From assembly GCF_009914755.1 (NCBI RefSeq), contig NC_060937.1: a stretch of 64,000 nucleotides of DNA. One strand, 5' to 3'. The DNA comes from the human T2T-CHM13v2.0 reference genome, Homo sapiens. Below, piece after piece: positions 26,957-39,810 of this stretch. Each line of letters begins with the position of its first letter. Position 1 is the first letter of the stretch. Position numbers and translations under genes: made by a program. The notes under the pieces were generated by a model. It was given only the letters and a program-made list of their open reading frames with translations, did not search any database and had not been told where the DNA came from.

Positions 26957-29714
26957 TTACACACATATGCATACACACATATAAATGTAATTAATCAATT
27001 TTGCATATAAAATGAGATATCTCTAGCCAATAAATAAATGAGTGTTATAAACAGTTGTGGTATATGCAATTACATGTACTGTTTGTACTCAGTCTCATAA
27101 TATTACATTTGTAATATAGCATGTCTATAATGGTCATCAATAAATTCATTTTTTTAAGGGCAGAAAAAATTACAACTTAAAAAAAGAAAATTTCCTGTAG
27201 TAAATATTACTCTGTTAATGAAATATACTGTTACCTCTCAAGTAAAATGTAATAATGCATAATACAATTCAGGCACTCTTATAAATTTTAGGTAGTTTGA
27301 CTGTCTGCTCCTTTTTGGCTTCATTGTCATCTCACATTCTGATGAGACAAATTCAGTAGTTGTTACTTTCTTAGAGATGAGCTTTTCTGAACCTGTCTAC
27401 ATCTTTTTTATCAACTTCTTTAAACCTAAAACAACATTTTATCCCTGTGTTTGCCGTCTTTTTAGGGTCTTGGAAATGGAGATAGGGCACAGGAATTATT
27501 TCCTCTACAGAGCATTTATTATCTGTGGAGAAAACTTTTGCTGAGCCTTCCTAATAAACCCTAGAGATTTGTTTACAAGTCAAATATTTTCCAAAGACCT
27601 TCAGTGGCATTTTTGTTGGCACACACATAATGGAAGATAGCATCTTAGTAATAAGCAAAAATGTTCCTTACCTTTCTGGTCCATGGATTATAATACCATA
27701 TTCAGAGTAAGAAAATATTTTTTAATATAACTATACTGAATGAAACTGGCCATGTGTTTAAGAGAATTGTCAACGTTGAGTAAGGCCTTTTTCTTTTATC
27801 TTTTTTGTTGTGTAACAACAAACTATGAAGGAAATAAACACTATTTTACGTAGACAAGAAAAACCTCTTTCCTCACCCAGGCATTGGAATTTAACCTCAA
27901 AATAATTGGCAATTTTTGTTTGGTCATTTCTTTGACAGCCTAGACACTTTTAATATTGCATTAGTAATTTTAACCTAATGTCTTAAAATTAACCTTGAAC
28001 ATTAATGTCAGCCTGTCCTTTGAGTATTTGAGACCCAGCATTTCTTCTCCTTTAATATAAATGCACCATATGGACAGTGCTGCTAAAACAATCCTATCTC
28101 ATCTACATAAAGTGTGTTTATTAGTATTGTCTCATTCATCAATATGATCTTATAAATAAGACAGTTATATCCAGCTGCTTCAGTGTCAACTATGTTGCTC
28201 CCGCTGCGATTTTGATATGATGGAGCATGACAGGACTCTTGAATCTGTCAAAGCATGTAAGGCTTGCTTTCATTATCAACTTATTTGCTGACTCATGACT
28301 CTACTCCACAACCTCCATCTTCAGCTTCAAGCAAGGACATGTCCATAAACTGGATCAACATAGTGAAGAAAGGGATGTCGCCATTACAGAGATTTCATAA
28401 ATCTTCCTATTGAAAAATCTTACAAGCTATTTCAACCCAAAAGAAACAAGAAAGCTGAGGGCCTTAGATATTTCTGAGTACAATTTTCCACTACAAACAA
28501 TACCTGATTCTAGGTTTGGATCAGAACATTTGCAAAATGAAAGCTGAACAAGACTAATGGGATTGCATCCATGGTATCTAGGAGCCAAATTTAAGTGGCT
28601 TCTATTAGATAAAAGATAAGATATTCTGGACATTAAAAATTGTTAAGACTGTAATTGTTTAAAGTACTTTAAAATATAAAAAGATTGATCTGTCTATTAT
28701 ATTCAGCTACAACAACAACAAAAAACCTCATGGGTCATAATGATGATTGCTCCAACTGTTAGTTGGAACACCAATGAATAATTCTGAAAATTGTCAAATA
28801 ATGGTTACAAAAGCAAATAATAAAAACTAAACACGTAACAAAGAAACAGCATTTGCTAGAATTTTTAAAAACAGAAACAAAATGATTTTTCATTAGAAGT
28901 CGGATAAGAAAATTGGAAAAAATCTTCTGTTCTTAGTTTCCCAATGCTTATATAAACATCACATGGTATGTATACCTTTTATAACTTTTAAGGGCAATAT
29001 AAAGATCTTATGCTTTTCAATTTGTCTGCTACATTCACAAGTATCTCCACTGATGTGTAAGAAAATTATGCATAGATACTAAGTAACATCCTAAAGCTAA
29101 CTCTAATCTGTCAAGCAGTATAACTCACCATTTTCCAAGTCACTATGAAAGTATTTTTTTGATATTTTATAGAATAGAAACAATGTTTAATAATTACATC
29201 ATAGAGAAATACTTTTAATATATTTAAGGAATCCAAAAGTGAAATGCAATGGTCCTCTTCACTTCAATGACCTTTGATGTTCTAGAGCCCAAGAATCTTC
29301 ATGAAATTTTAACCAGAGACAAGTTTCACTTTATATATTTGGGCTGCTTCAAAGCCTGTCTTTACCCCTGTGAAGGAAGTAGTGTTCCCTCTCTGGAAGC
29401 AACATTTGTAACCTAACTTTCATTATCATGTTTATAAATAGTCCCTCCCTCTTGTCCTCATGGAATAAATGTTTCAGATCAAACATGGAACAGTTATATT
29501 TATGCCAGAGGCCTTAAAAAGAGAGACTGAAAAAAATTAAATAAATAAAGAAGTATTGCTCCTGGATATTTGTTATTAACACAGGATATTTGTTATTAAC
29601 ATAGAATCTAAGAGGATGGTTGAAATCCAGGTGCCTGAATACAGCACAAGCAGAGGAATAAGATCTATAATCCACCCTGGTATTGACAAGAACAGAAGAT
29701 AGACAATGTTGATT

Positions 29715-29942
29715 TACAAGAGCACTATTTTACGTCATGTTGACCATAGTTAATAAGAGTATACAGTTCACTTGAAAACTACTAAGAGAAGATTTTAAAT
29801 ATTCTCACCACAAAAAGGATACATATATGAGATAATGCATATATCAAAGGGCTTCATTTAGCCATTCCACAATGTCTACATATATTTAACCATTATGCTT
29901 TATAACATAATTACGATTTGTATTTCTTGATTAAAAATAAAA
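29715..29942 (+). mobile_element. L1MA-like 3' end
   Basis: tgaccatagttaataa...cttgaaaa.tactaagaga.gattttaaatattctcaccacaaaaa...tttagccattccacaatgt, then an A-rich tail. Confidence 0.8.
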
Positions 29943-32059
29943 CATATAATCTCAATTTAATACAATTTCATTAAAAATACTGTTAAAGTATTGTACTTAG
30001 CATTGGGGATATAATAGTTTAATATATATGGAGATATGATTCTTGCCCTCGGAAGATTAACAAATATATTGCAATGTGGGAAGTCCAAGGACATTATGGT
30101 GAAACATTGGCAGCAGGAACTAGAGCTATTATATCAACAATCTGAAATTCCTGGCGATAACTTTCCAAGAGAAAAGATTTCCATGAAAGTTGGTTAGTAT
30201 AGGACAGAGAGCATTAATTAGGAAGAATAATCACCAATATGTCCTTGAGTACTATCTGTAATATTCAAACCGTGTTTCAATGGAAAAAGAGGTCTCATAA
30301 TTTGGAAGCAAAAGCAGAACAAGAAAAGATACTATTGTGACTTAATGTGAACCTCTTTTATCCATCCAAATATCTTCAGGCTATCAGAGCTTGGAGACAC
30401 TTGGGTTTATCTCTACTATAAGATCTTTATAAAGTTCTCTTGACACACTCAGAATTGATACATACACCTAACTCACCATATGTTTTCCATATTCATTGTG
30501 TGTTTACAAGATACTGTGGATGTAGCCCTAACTCAGGCAACAGTTGTGAGTAAAAGGAGCTAAATACTCTGTTTAGGAGCTAAATACTCTCCTTTATATA
30601 TAAAATAAATGCTGAATGTCTATTTCAGTTGGTAAGTTTGAAACTATGTGATATTAGATGTAAGAAGGGGAAGGTGTAAATGAAGTAGAAAGTGACTCAA
30701 AATTTTATCTAAAGTTTGAAGGACTGCACATGATTTTGGCTATGATCACTTGATGTGTTTGATTCAACCCATTATGTACTTTATCTTTACAGGCAGACTG
30801 AAAATTTGTGTCTTCACTTTGAGGGCTGAATTGAGCTATTACCACATATGTCTGGCATCTAATAGAGTCCAATGAGCATAATGACTCCAGAATATTGGGT
30901 CAATGATCTGTGACCAGAAAAATTATCTAAGTATTTTGACAACATAGATCCAGTAAATAATTTCTTTTGAAATCATTTTTTCTTAAAGGATAAAGAACGG
31001 AAAAAAATGAAACATCATTTTAAAGGCTCGCTAACACTGTAATTACTGGATACGCAGTAAAATAAACAATTACTCACTGTACTGGAAGTCACTAGGTAAT
31101 AATTGTTTGACGATACACAAATTAATTTCAGGTCATGTAGCACACCAAACTGTTAATTTCCTAGGCTTTAGAAAGGGATAAAAATGTAACATGCCTGCCT
31201 ACAAGTACATAAAAAGGACATTATTCAAGGACTAAGAAAATAAATAGTAAATCAATTCTTCTGTTAATTATAGAGTTTTACTGGGGCATTGCCTTTTCAC
31301 TAAAACAGATTATTTGAAAAAAACATTGTTTAAGGGACATCAAGAATATGCTTGACAGTTTATTCCTTATTCTCCAAAGGTCATCAGTGTTGTTGATTGG
31401 ATAGAAAGACAAAAGTCAATTACCTGCTAATCAATAAAGGTCATTTCTGATCTAGATGAGGTATTTAATAAGAATGTTTCTAAATGTATTTTTACCAACT
31501 CATAAATATTTTTGACATTGAATGTAATGTGATTAGGGTGTATTTAAAACCTCAAATTATATAGAAGACTCTCACAGAAAAATTAAATGCTTATTACTTG
31601 AAAAAACTGGATGGTAATATAATAGGCAGAGTGTCTAAGTTAACTGATCTTCCCAAAAATAATTGCTTAATTTTTCAAGGAATACACATAATTAATATTT
31701 TGAAACTAAATGTCTATGAGGCATGAGTATCTTTCAATTATCTTCATGATTATATAAGTACTTACTATATGCAAGACACTGTGCTGGGATCTTTAAATAT
31801 CTCTTTTACAGGCCCAATAAATGTGTATTATTATTATTGTCATATCATCATCATCATCACTATTATTATTCCTGTCACAGGTAGGATGCCATGTGGCCAA
31901 ATAATAGCAATAAGAACAACAATAATAAATGTCTCCTGTGATTTTAATTCTTCATACCATTATGAATCCTGATCTCTGCGAAGTGAATAAAAATATTTAT
32001 TTATGAATATTATTTTCTTCAGTGACAGTTTATACATTTGACCAAATTCAAAAAGATAT

Positions 32060-32190
32060 TACTGATTATCAGAACAAGATGAAATATCTGCTATCCTTAC
32101 TACTATTCAACATTTTGCTAGAAAACCCAGCCAATGAAATTATAGAGAAAATAATAGAAAAAGGAGGGGATAAATCTGTGGGTGATGGCA
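32060..32190 (+). mobile_element. old L1M fragments (ORF2 piece plus 3'UTR start)
   Basis: gaacaagatgaaata...actattcaacatt...ctagaa..cccagccaatg (ORF2) and gggtgatgg (3'UTR). Confidence 0.5.
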
Positions 32191-32784
32191 TGTGTTAAGT
32201 AGAAGTTTAGCCTCAATTACATTTGCCACTTATTAATTACCTTGTGAATATGTTATATTACATGACATGAGGGACTTTATTGATGTAGTTAAGGTTACTT
32301 ATCACCAGGTCTTATATAGGGAGTTTATAATAGATTATTTTAGTGGGCCCAATATAATCACATAAACCTTTAAAAGCAGATGAAGAGTCAGAAAGGTTAA
32401 AAAATGATCAGGGTTCAACATGCTAACACTGGCTTTAGCATGAAGGATCCCACAAGCCATGGAATGTAAGTAGCCTTTAAAAGCTAAGAACAATCCCTGG
32501 TTGAAAGCCACCATGGAAATCTCAGACCTACAACCACAGGTATGGAATTCTGTCAATACCTAAAGAAGTTGGGAGGTCAGTTCTTCCCCTGGCACTTCCA
32601 GGTCAGAGTCTGGATCACTCTCTCAACCATTATTTTGGCCTTATGAGACTATGCAGAACACACAGCTGGACCACTAGATTTATGACCTGTAGAACTGTGA
32701 GATTTTTTTAACAAAATGAGGGGTGCTGTTTTAAGTCACTAACTTTGTGGTAATTTGTTACAGCAGCAATAGAAAACAAATACA
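32191..32784 (+). mobile_element. MLT1D/E-like MaLR solo LTR
   Basis: cttgtgaatatgttatattacatg...gtgggcccaatataatcaca...tttgtggtaatttgttacagcagcaatagaaaacaaataca; near-perfect 5-bp TSD tggca/tggaa. Confidence 0.85.
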
Positions 32785-32913
32785 TGGAACCATTATCTAT
32801 AGTGAGTGTAGTGATGTTATATAACTCTTTGCTTTTGTAAAAACTCATGGTGGTACTGGATATCAAAAAGAGTGAATTATACTGTAGGTAAATTTAAACA
32901 TTAATTTAAAAAA
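32785..32913 (+). mobile_element. L1M 3' terminus (resumes after the MLT1 insertion)
   Basis: tttgtaaaaactcat...aaaaagagtgaattatactgtaggtaaatt. Confidence 0.6.
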
Positions 32914-33362
32914 TATTCTGGTTGCCATGTTCCAAGCTAAAAAGTATATATATTATTGTCACTATTCTGAAGCTGCTTCTTGATACCCAGATTTTTAGTC
33001 TGGCAACTGCTGTCATAGCAACTGACCGTAAGCACTCACAAAGGAAGTAGTTCAACACTTAATTCCTCTGCATGAAAACTCCACGTCTTTAGGAATATGC
33101 TTGCCAGAAATAAGAAACAAAATTTTGGAAAGATGGTATTTCTTTGACTTTGTCTTCCATTTATAGTTGACCAAATTTAGTTTCCTCCAAAGTCTTTATC
33201 TGTCAGAGTGCCTGGGATATGTAGTTTTAGCTTTCTAGCCTAAGTAACACACTAGAAGAATGTTAGAAGCTCTGCTGAAGGAATTCTATAGTAGCCATTA
33301 CCAATAATTCATTAAAGTGATTTTCAATAGCTACAAAAATTTATTTTCAATCTCATAACAAA

Positions 33363-33561
33363 TTTTATTTATTTATTTATTTATTTATTTATTTTTTATT
33401 ATTATACTTTAAGTTTTAGGGTACATGGGCACAATGTGCCGGTTAGTTACATATGTATACATGTGCCATGCTGGTGTGCTGCACCCATTAACTCGTCATT
33501 TAGCATTAGGTATATCTCCTAATGCTATCCCTCCCCCCTCCCCCCCACCACACAACAGTCC
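33363..33561 (-). mobile_element. L1PA3-like 3' end, 5'-truncated (~165 nt plus tail)
   Basis: ttattattatactttaagttttagggtacatg...ggttagttac...cacccattaactcgtcatttagcattaggtatatctcctaatgc; (TTTA)n tail; TSD aaatttta. Confidence 0.95.
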
Positions 33562-34502
33562 AAAATTTTAAAGAGATCCTGAGAAATATTTTAATGAGTT
33601 ATACAAAAACAAACAATATTAAAAATCCTATTTTAATTCTGGTTTTTGGAAGATGCCACTGTATCAGTTATAATTTCTTTTGCTAGATACTTATAATCTT
33701 CCAAGAGCAACTTTTTTCAGCCCATCTCCCCTTTCCTAGCTAGGCAGTATCAGTCTCTGACAGCCAATATGTCTATACTCAGATTAGGTGTTTAAGCCTC
33801 ACTGAATCAGCCTAAACTGGCATATGGCTAAACCCTGTAGAGCATAAAAGAACTGCTCAAATCTTCACCTTGGGTTAAGACCATGATGAGAAATTTCACT
33901 TAAGTGTGAAGATATGTGGTGAGCAATGTGATTTAAGTTTCCAAAACAATAATTATTTTATTAGTATAGTTATGGCTCTGATAGGTGCAAAATACATCAA
34001 TGGTGTTATTATTAAAAATAATTTATTTTTCTTATCTATTGCTAACCTTTCAGAGATAAGAAACTGCTAGTAGCAAGTTAAGAATATGTTAGTTGGTTAG
34101 CATTTAAGAATGGGGCTTTTTCCTTACTTACTCAAAGTCTTGTAATGTGCCAATTCAGCACATATTGGATAAAGTTTAAAGGAAATTAGATAAGTTGGCA
34201 CTAGTTCAGTTAGTTTTTTGGGCAAATGCTTTGTAAATCCCAGGTTCCTCGATTGGCTGCAAATAGGTCATGAAAGGGAGTAGCTCAGAAAGGTAGGTAA
34301 AAGTATAATGTGTCCTTTTGCTATCTCAAACTACTTAGTAGAAATTCTAAACACCATTCTGTTATTTTTATTATTATTACATTTAGTTTCACCTACGATC
34401 ATTAGAATGTATATGCCTATTTAGAAATCAGTCATTAGACTCTTTTGTCTGATAGGAGTTTCTTATACTAAGGCACTACACAAAGAGTAAAACTCTGCAC
34501 CA

Positions 34503-34769
34503 GGGTAATCCCAGCACTCTGGGAGGCTGAGGTGGGAGGATCCCTGGAAACCAGGAGTTTGAGACCAGCCTCGGCAACATGGTAAAACCCGTCTCAAATA
34601 CGAAAACTTAGTCTGGCATGGTGGCACGCGCCTGTGGTCTCAGCTACTAGAGAGGCTGAGGTGAGTGGGTTGCTTGAGCTTGAGAGGTCAAAGCTGCAGT
34701 GAGCCGTGATCGTCCCACTGCACTCCAGCTTGGGTGACAGAGTGACACTCTATCTCAAAAACAACAACA
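34503..34769 (+). mobile_element. AluJ, 5' ~25 nt missing
   Basis: Alu body with J diagnostics; TSD aaaactctgca at 34489-34499 and 34770-34780. Confidence 0.93.
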
Positions 34770-34960
34770 AAAACTCTGCATCACTTGACTATTAATAATC
34801 CTCTATATATATGTCTTTTTTTTTGCTACTGCTGTTATTATTTTGCTCTGAGAGAAAAACTACATCAGAAACTGTAAGAGGTACTGATTGTGAGAGATAA
34901 TATTTCTACTGAAGTATTATTCAAGGAATTTTGGTAAATAAAAGAAGACAATAAGTTTCA

Positions 34961-35022
34961 GTGGGAAAAGCAATAAGCTTTGGGACAAGGCAGACCTAAC
35001 TTCAAACACTGGCTCTTCCAAT
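34961..35022 (+). mobile_element. MIR 5' half (split by Tigger3b)
   Basis: gtgggaaaagca..agctttggga..aggcagacct..ttcaaa..ctggctct. Confidence 0.6.
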
Positions 35023-35024
35023 TA

Positions 35025-36194
35025 GGGTAATGAGTTGCTTAAAGACAGGGATACATTTTGAGAAATGCATTGTCTAGTGATTTTATTATTATGTAAATAT
35101 CATAGAGTACCTAGATGGCATAGCCTACTACACACCTAGCCTATATCGCATAGCCTAATGCTCCTAGGCTACAAACCTGTACAATATGTTACTGAATACC
35201 ATAGGCAATTGTAACACAATGACAAGTGTGTCTAAACATATCTAAACATAAAAAAGGTACAGTAAAAATATGGTATAAAAGATGCAAACTGTATGGAACA
35301 CTTAACATGAATGGAGCTTGTAGGATTGGAAGCTGCTCTGGGTGAGTCAGTAAGAGAGCGGTTAGTGAATGTGAGGGCACCAGAAATTACTGTACACCAC
35401 TGTAGACTTTTATAAGCACTGTACACTTAGGCTATGCTAACTTTATGAAAATATTTTCTTTCAATGATAAGTTAATCCTGCTTATGCTAACTTTTTAAAT
35501 TTAAACATATTTTATTTTTTAAACCTTTTGACTTTTTTTGTAATAACGCTTGGCTTACAACACAAACACATTGTACAGCTGCACAAAAATATTTTCTTTC
35601 TTTAAATCCTTATTCTACAAGTTTCTTCAATTTTTAAAATTTTTGAATTTTTTCTTTTTATTTTTTTTTACAAATGAAGACACAATCACTCATTAGCTTA
35701 GGCCTGCACAGAGTCAAGATTATCAACATGAGTCTTCCACCTCCATATCTTGGCCAACTGGAAGGTCTTCATGGGCAATAACACACACAGATCTGTCATC
35801 TCCTATGATAATGCCATTTTCTGGAATATCTTCTGGAAGACCTACCTAAGACTGCTTTACAGTTAACTTTTTAAAAAATAAGTAGAAAGAATACAATCTA
35901 AGATAATGATAAAAGCTATAGTAAACACATAAACCAGCAACATAGTCATTTATTATCATTATCAAGTATTATGCACTATACATGAGTGTATGTGCTATAC
36001 TTTTATAAAACTAGCAATGCAGTAGGTTCGTTTACAACAGCAGTACCAAGAACCCGTGAGTCATGCATTGTCCAGCATTAGGATGGCTACAACATCACTA
36101 TGCAGTAGAAAATTTTCATTACAATTTCATGATAGCACTCTCCTGCATATAGGGTCCACTGTTGACAGAAATGTAGCCATGCAGTGAATAAGTA
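35025..36194 (+). mobile_element. Tigger3b-like TcMar DNA transposon, near full length (~1.17 kb)
   Basis: gcttaaagacagggatacattttgagaaatgc...cctagatggcatagcctactacacacctag...ctcctaggctacaaacctgtaca...gtccactgttgacagaaatgt; TA at both flanks. Confidence 0.88.
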
Positions 36195-36199
36195 TAATA

Positions 36200-36270
36200 G
36201 ATATGTGGCCTTGGGAAAGTCATTTAACCCCTCTGAGATACAGTATTTCTGCCCTCAGAAAAGGGAGTAA
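36200..36270 (+). mobile_element. MIR 3' half (core)
   Basis: tgtggccttgggaaagtcatttaacccctctgag. Confidence 0.65.
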
Positions 36271-36527
36271 ATTCACCAGATCCTAGATATGGATCTAGGA
36301 GCTCAATGGCTCCTAGAACTAATATGAAGCTAAAGTAAAATGTGTAAAATACTGGAACTAGAGGAAAGTATTAGAACCTCAGTATACCTCAATATATATA
36401 AATATTCTCTTCTTTTCCTTTCTAAGTATGTTGATGATATAATGATTATAAATTCCAACTTATTTTCTATTCTCTTCAAGAACAACAAAAAGACTGTAAC
36501 ATATGGTTGTTATAAAACCACATAGTC

Positions 36528-36839
<312 letters not shown>

Positions 36840-39462
36840 TCAAGTTACTACATGGGTGTCATTGAATGGTTCAAAACTGTCGGCCTGACTTTTATTGTTA
36901 CTGTGGTAACTAGATGATATGTGAGCATGATTGTTTTGTTCTGCTTTGTTTTGCTTCTTGTTCTACATAGATTTTAGAACCATTTTGCCCAAGAAAAGGA
37001 CTCCATCCATCTCTCATATATTTGTTAAAGTATGTATATCCGTAGCGATTAGTTAATAATGTAATTACATGCGATAATAATTTGTGTGATAATTTAAATT
37101 CTAAAATTAAATTGAAATAACTGATAAGCATATATGACAAGTTATCCAAGCTGGATGTCCTTCTTCAACTCTAGCGCATCACTACACTTTTCAAAGTGTT
37201 GTAAACATTAGAAACATTAGAAAAAGCTGAGCTAAGTGTCTTGCCTTAGAAAAAATAAATGGAGATCTAATTTATTTTTTTTACCGTATGACATATGTTT
37301 AAGTAGATTTAATGCATTCAGGGAATTAAATACTAATTTATTTACAAGTTCCTGAGTTTTATTATATAACGTATATACAATTTATTACTATATAGATTTT
37401 CCAAAAAAGTAAGAATATCAATATAATTCCATTCTTTGAGGACAAAAGCTTAAAGTCTTTCAATTAACAATCTCCTAGATAATTACCATTATAGTAGAAT
37501 ACATGCTAATTAACATGCTAATTTTGGGCAATTAATTGATATCCAATCAACTCACTACAGTTATTTTGTTAAATACCAGTTAAATGTTCAAATTCTTTAC
37601 AAGTTTAATGTATTAATTAGGGTAATAAAACACATTTGCTTTTTTCTTGTTGAGATAATTATATGGCAACTAAATTAACTCACTCTTATTCATTTAAGTT
37701 TATTACAATATCATGTATTTAGTGTACAATAAATGTGTAATCTAATTTAAATACTGAGAAAGTGCTAAGGTTTATGTAATTCTGCACTAAAGACAGTTCC
37801 ATAAAACCTTTCCTGGGAAGAATGGTATAAACTGTTTTTTTTTGTGTGTGTGTGTGTGATTCTTATTTATTTATCAAGCATTTAAATTGTGGTTATGAAT
37901 ATGTATGTGTATCTAGATATAGATATACATATCTACTATATTAAATTTGGTAATATTTTGCATTTGAAATTATTTATAACTATTTTATTTATAAAAGTAA
38001 ATATATTTATCCTTTTAATATATGTTAATAACTTTAGAAAAATCATTACCTACTAAATAAATATCTTCAAATTATTCATTATAATCTTTTATTATCAGAA
38101 ATAGAAGTCAGCTTGAATAAGCAACATACCTTTCTGAGATTACTAACCATAAAAAAGTTAATGAACTTAAAAGTTTACTTAGAAATCAAATACACAGACA
38201 TACTAAAAAAATACATTTTTTTCTTTTAATTTGTAAACTTTTACAACGTACCCTTAAAATAAGTAATGAGGCTTTTTGTCATTAAGTTTTTTTTTCTCAA
38301 TTAGTCATGCAGACACTTGTCTCATATTCCTATTACTGATATTTAAGGAAAAATTAAGATTTATTGTACAGATTATTCATATTGACAATCTATTTTTTTT
38401 CTGAACACAGACTACACAACAATGCTCACTTTGATCATGCAAATTATTGGCTTCTCTCCAGTCCAATCTCTTATTTTCCAAACAAGCCTACGTAAAGTTC
38501 TTCTCTTCAAGTTGTGTTGGGTGAGCAGGAAACAAATCTCACGGTAGAGTGAGTGTATCTCCCTTATAAGTATTTGGCATTTTTTAATTTTTGTTTTTGG
38601 TCAGTTGTGTAAATCATATTTCACCAACACTTCATGTGTGTTTGTGTATGTGCATGCGTGTGTGTGTGTGAATTTAACTGTCTTTATTTTATAATACACA
38701 GACCTGCATTGTTTCTCTTTACTATTACAGCATATATTCTGTTGGTATTCCACTTGCAGTTTGCTTAAGTTTTGTAATAAAAATAAATGACTCAGCTCAT
38801 CCCACTTTTTCTTGCAATCTGGGAGTTCTTTCTGTAAACAGAGGCCATCATTCCCATCATTATAAATGAATGCAGCCTCATGTGGAGCCTCATCTGGAGG
38901 CACTCAATTTGCTGGGCACTTCCACAGGCAGTGATCTAATCCTCCCAGAGTAAGAAACACAAGCAGCTCAGTACAACTCAATCCTCATCATCTGGTCACT
39001 TCCAGAGAATGAGTTGGTGCCCATAAGGATAAATTAGCAGTGAGTTATGGCCTGAGTGTTACAAGAAAGCATCTAAAATATAGTCAGAGGACAGCACAAG
39101 ATGTCAACATTTTGGGTATTCAGACTTTGAGGCAAAGTCAAATTCAGAAATTATTTTTACCAAGTTTCATGATGAGCTCAAAAATAGTTCTGGTTTTAGC
39201 AGAAAGTCAATAGAAATCCCAATGAAAGGGAATCATATCACAGTGTAGTGACTCTGATTCTAAGAACCACAACATAGAAACTGGTTTTGTGTAAAATTCA
39301 ACAAATTTTCTTTTAGAATGCTATTGAAATCATAACATAGTTTAGCACTATCTACCAAAAGATTCACTGTTAAGAATTGATTTGAAGTAAGTTATTAACA
39401 ATATTTGCCGAAACTTAACTGCAAAGATGGTAGATACTTATATAGATCCAAAAAGATGGTGC

Positions 39463-39810
39463 TGTGACCTCCAAAATTCATGTTCAAACTTAATCCTCAA
39501 TGCAACAGTGTGTGTTAAAATGTGTGGCTTTTTGGGAAGTGGTTAAGTCTACCCTCATTACTGGGCTTAGCATCCCTATAAAATAGCTCAAGACTGAAGA
39601 AAGTACTCTCTCTTGCCTTCCTTTCCACCACTTGAGGACAGAGCAATAAGGCACCATCTTGGAAGCAGAGAGCAGCCTTCACCAAGCACCAATACCAGTG
39701 CCTTAATTTTGGATTTTCTCACCTACAGAAAGGTAAGAAATAAACTTTTGTTCTTTATAAATTACCCTGTCTCAGATATTTTGTCATAGTAGCACACATG
39801 GAGTGAGACA
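39463..39810 (+). mobile_element. MST/MLT1A-like MaLR solo LTR
   Basis: cctccaaaattcatgtt.aaacttaatcc...aaggcaccatcttggaagcagagagcagcc...ttctttataaattaccc...gagaca. Confidence 0.82.

Noticed and set aside
28335-28344. Perfect p53 half-site GGACATGTCC
   Set aside because: No adjacent second decamer; single half-sites are expected by chance.
38601-38903. 100-aa minus-strand ORF
   Set aside because: Non-ATG start, runs through a CA-repeat (THTHACTYTNTH), no recognisable domain.
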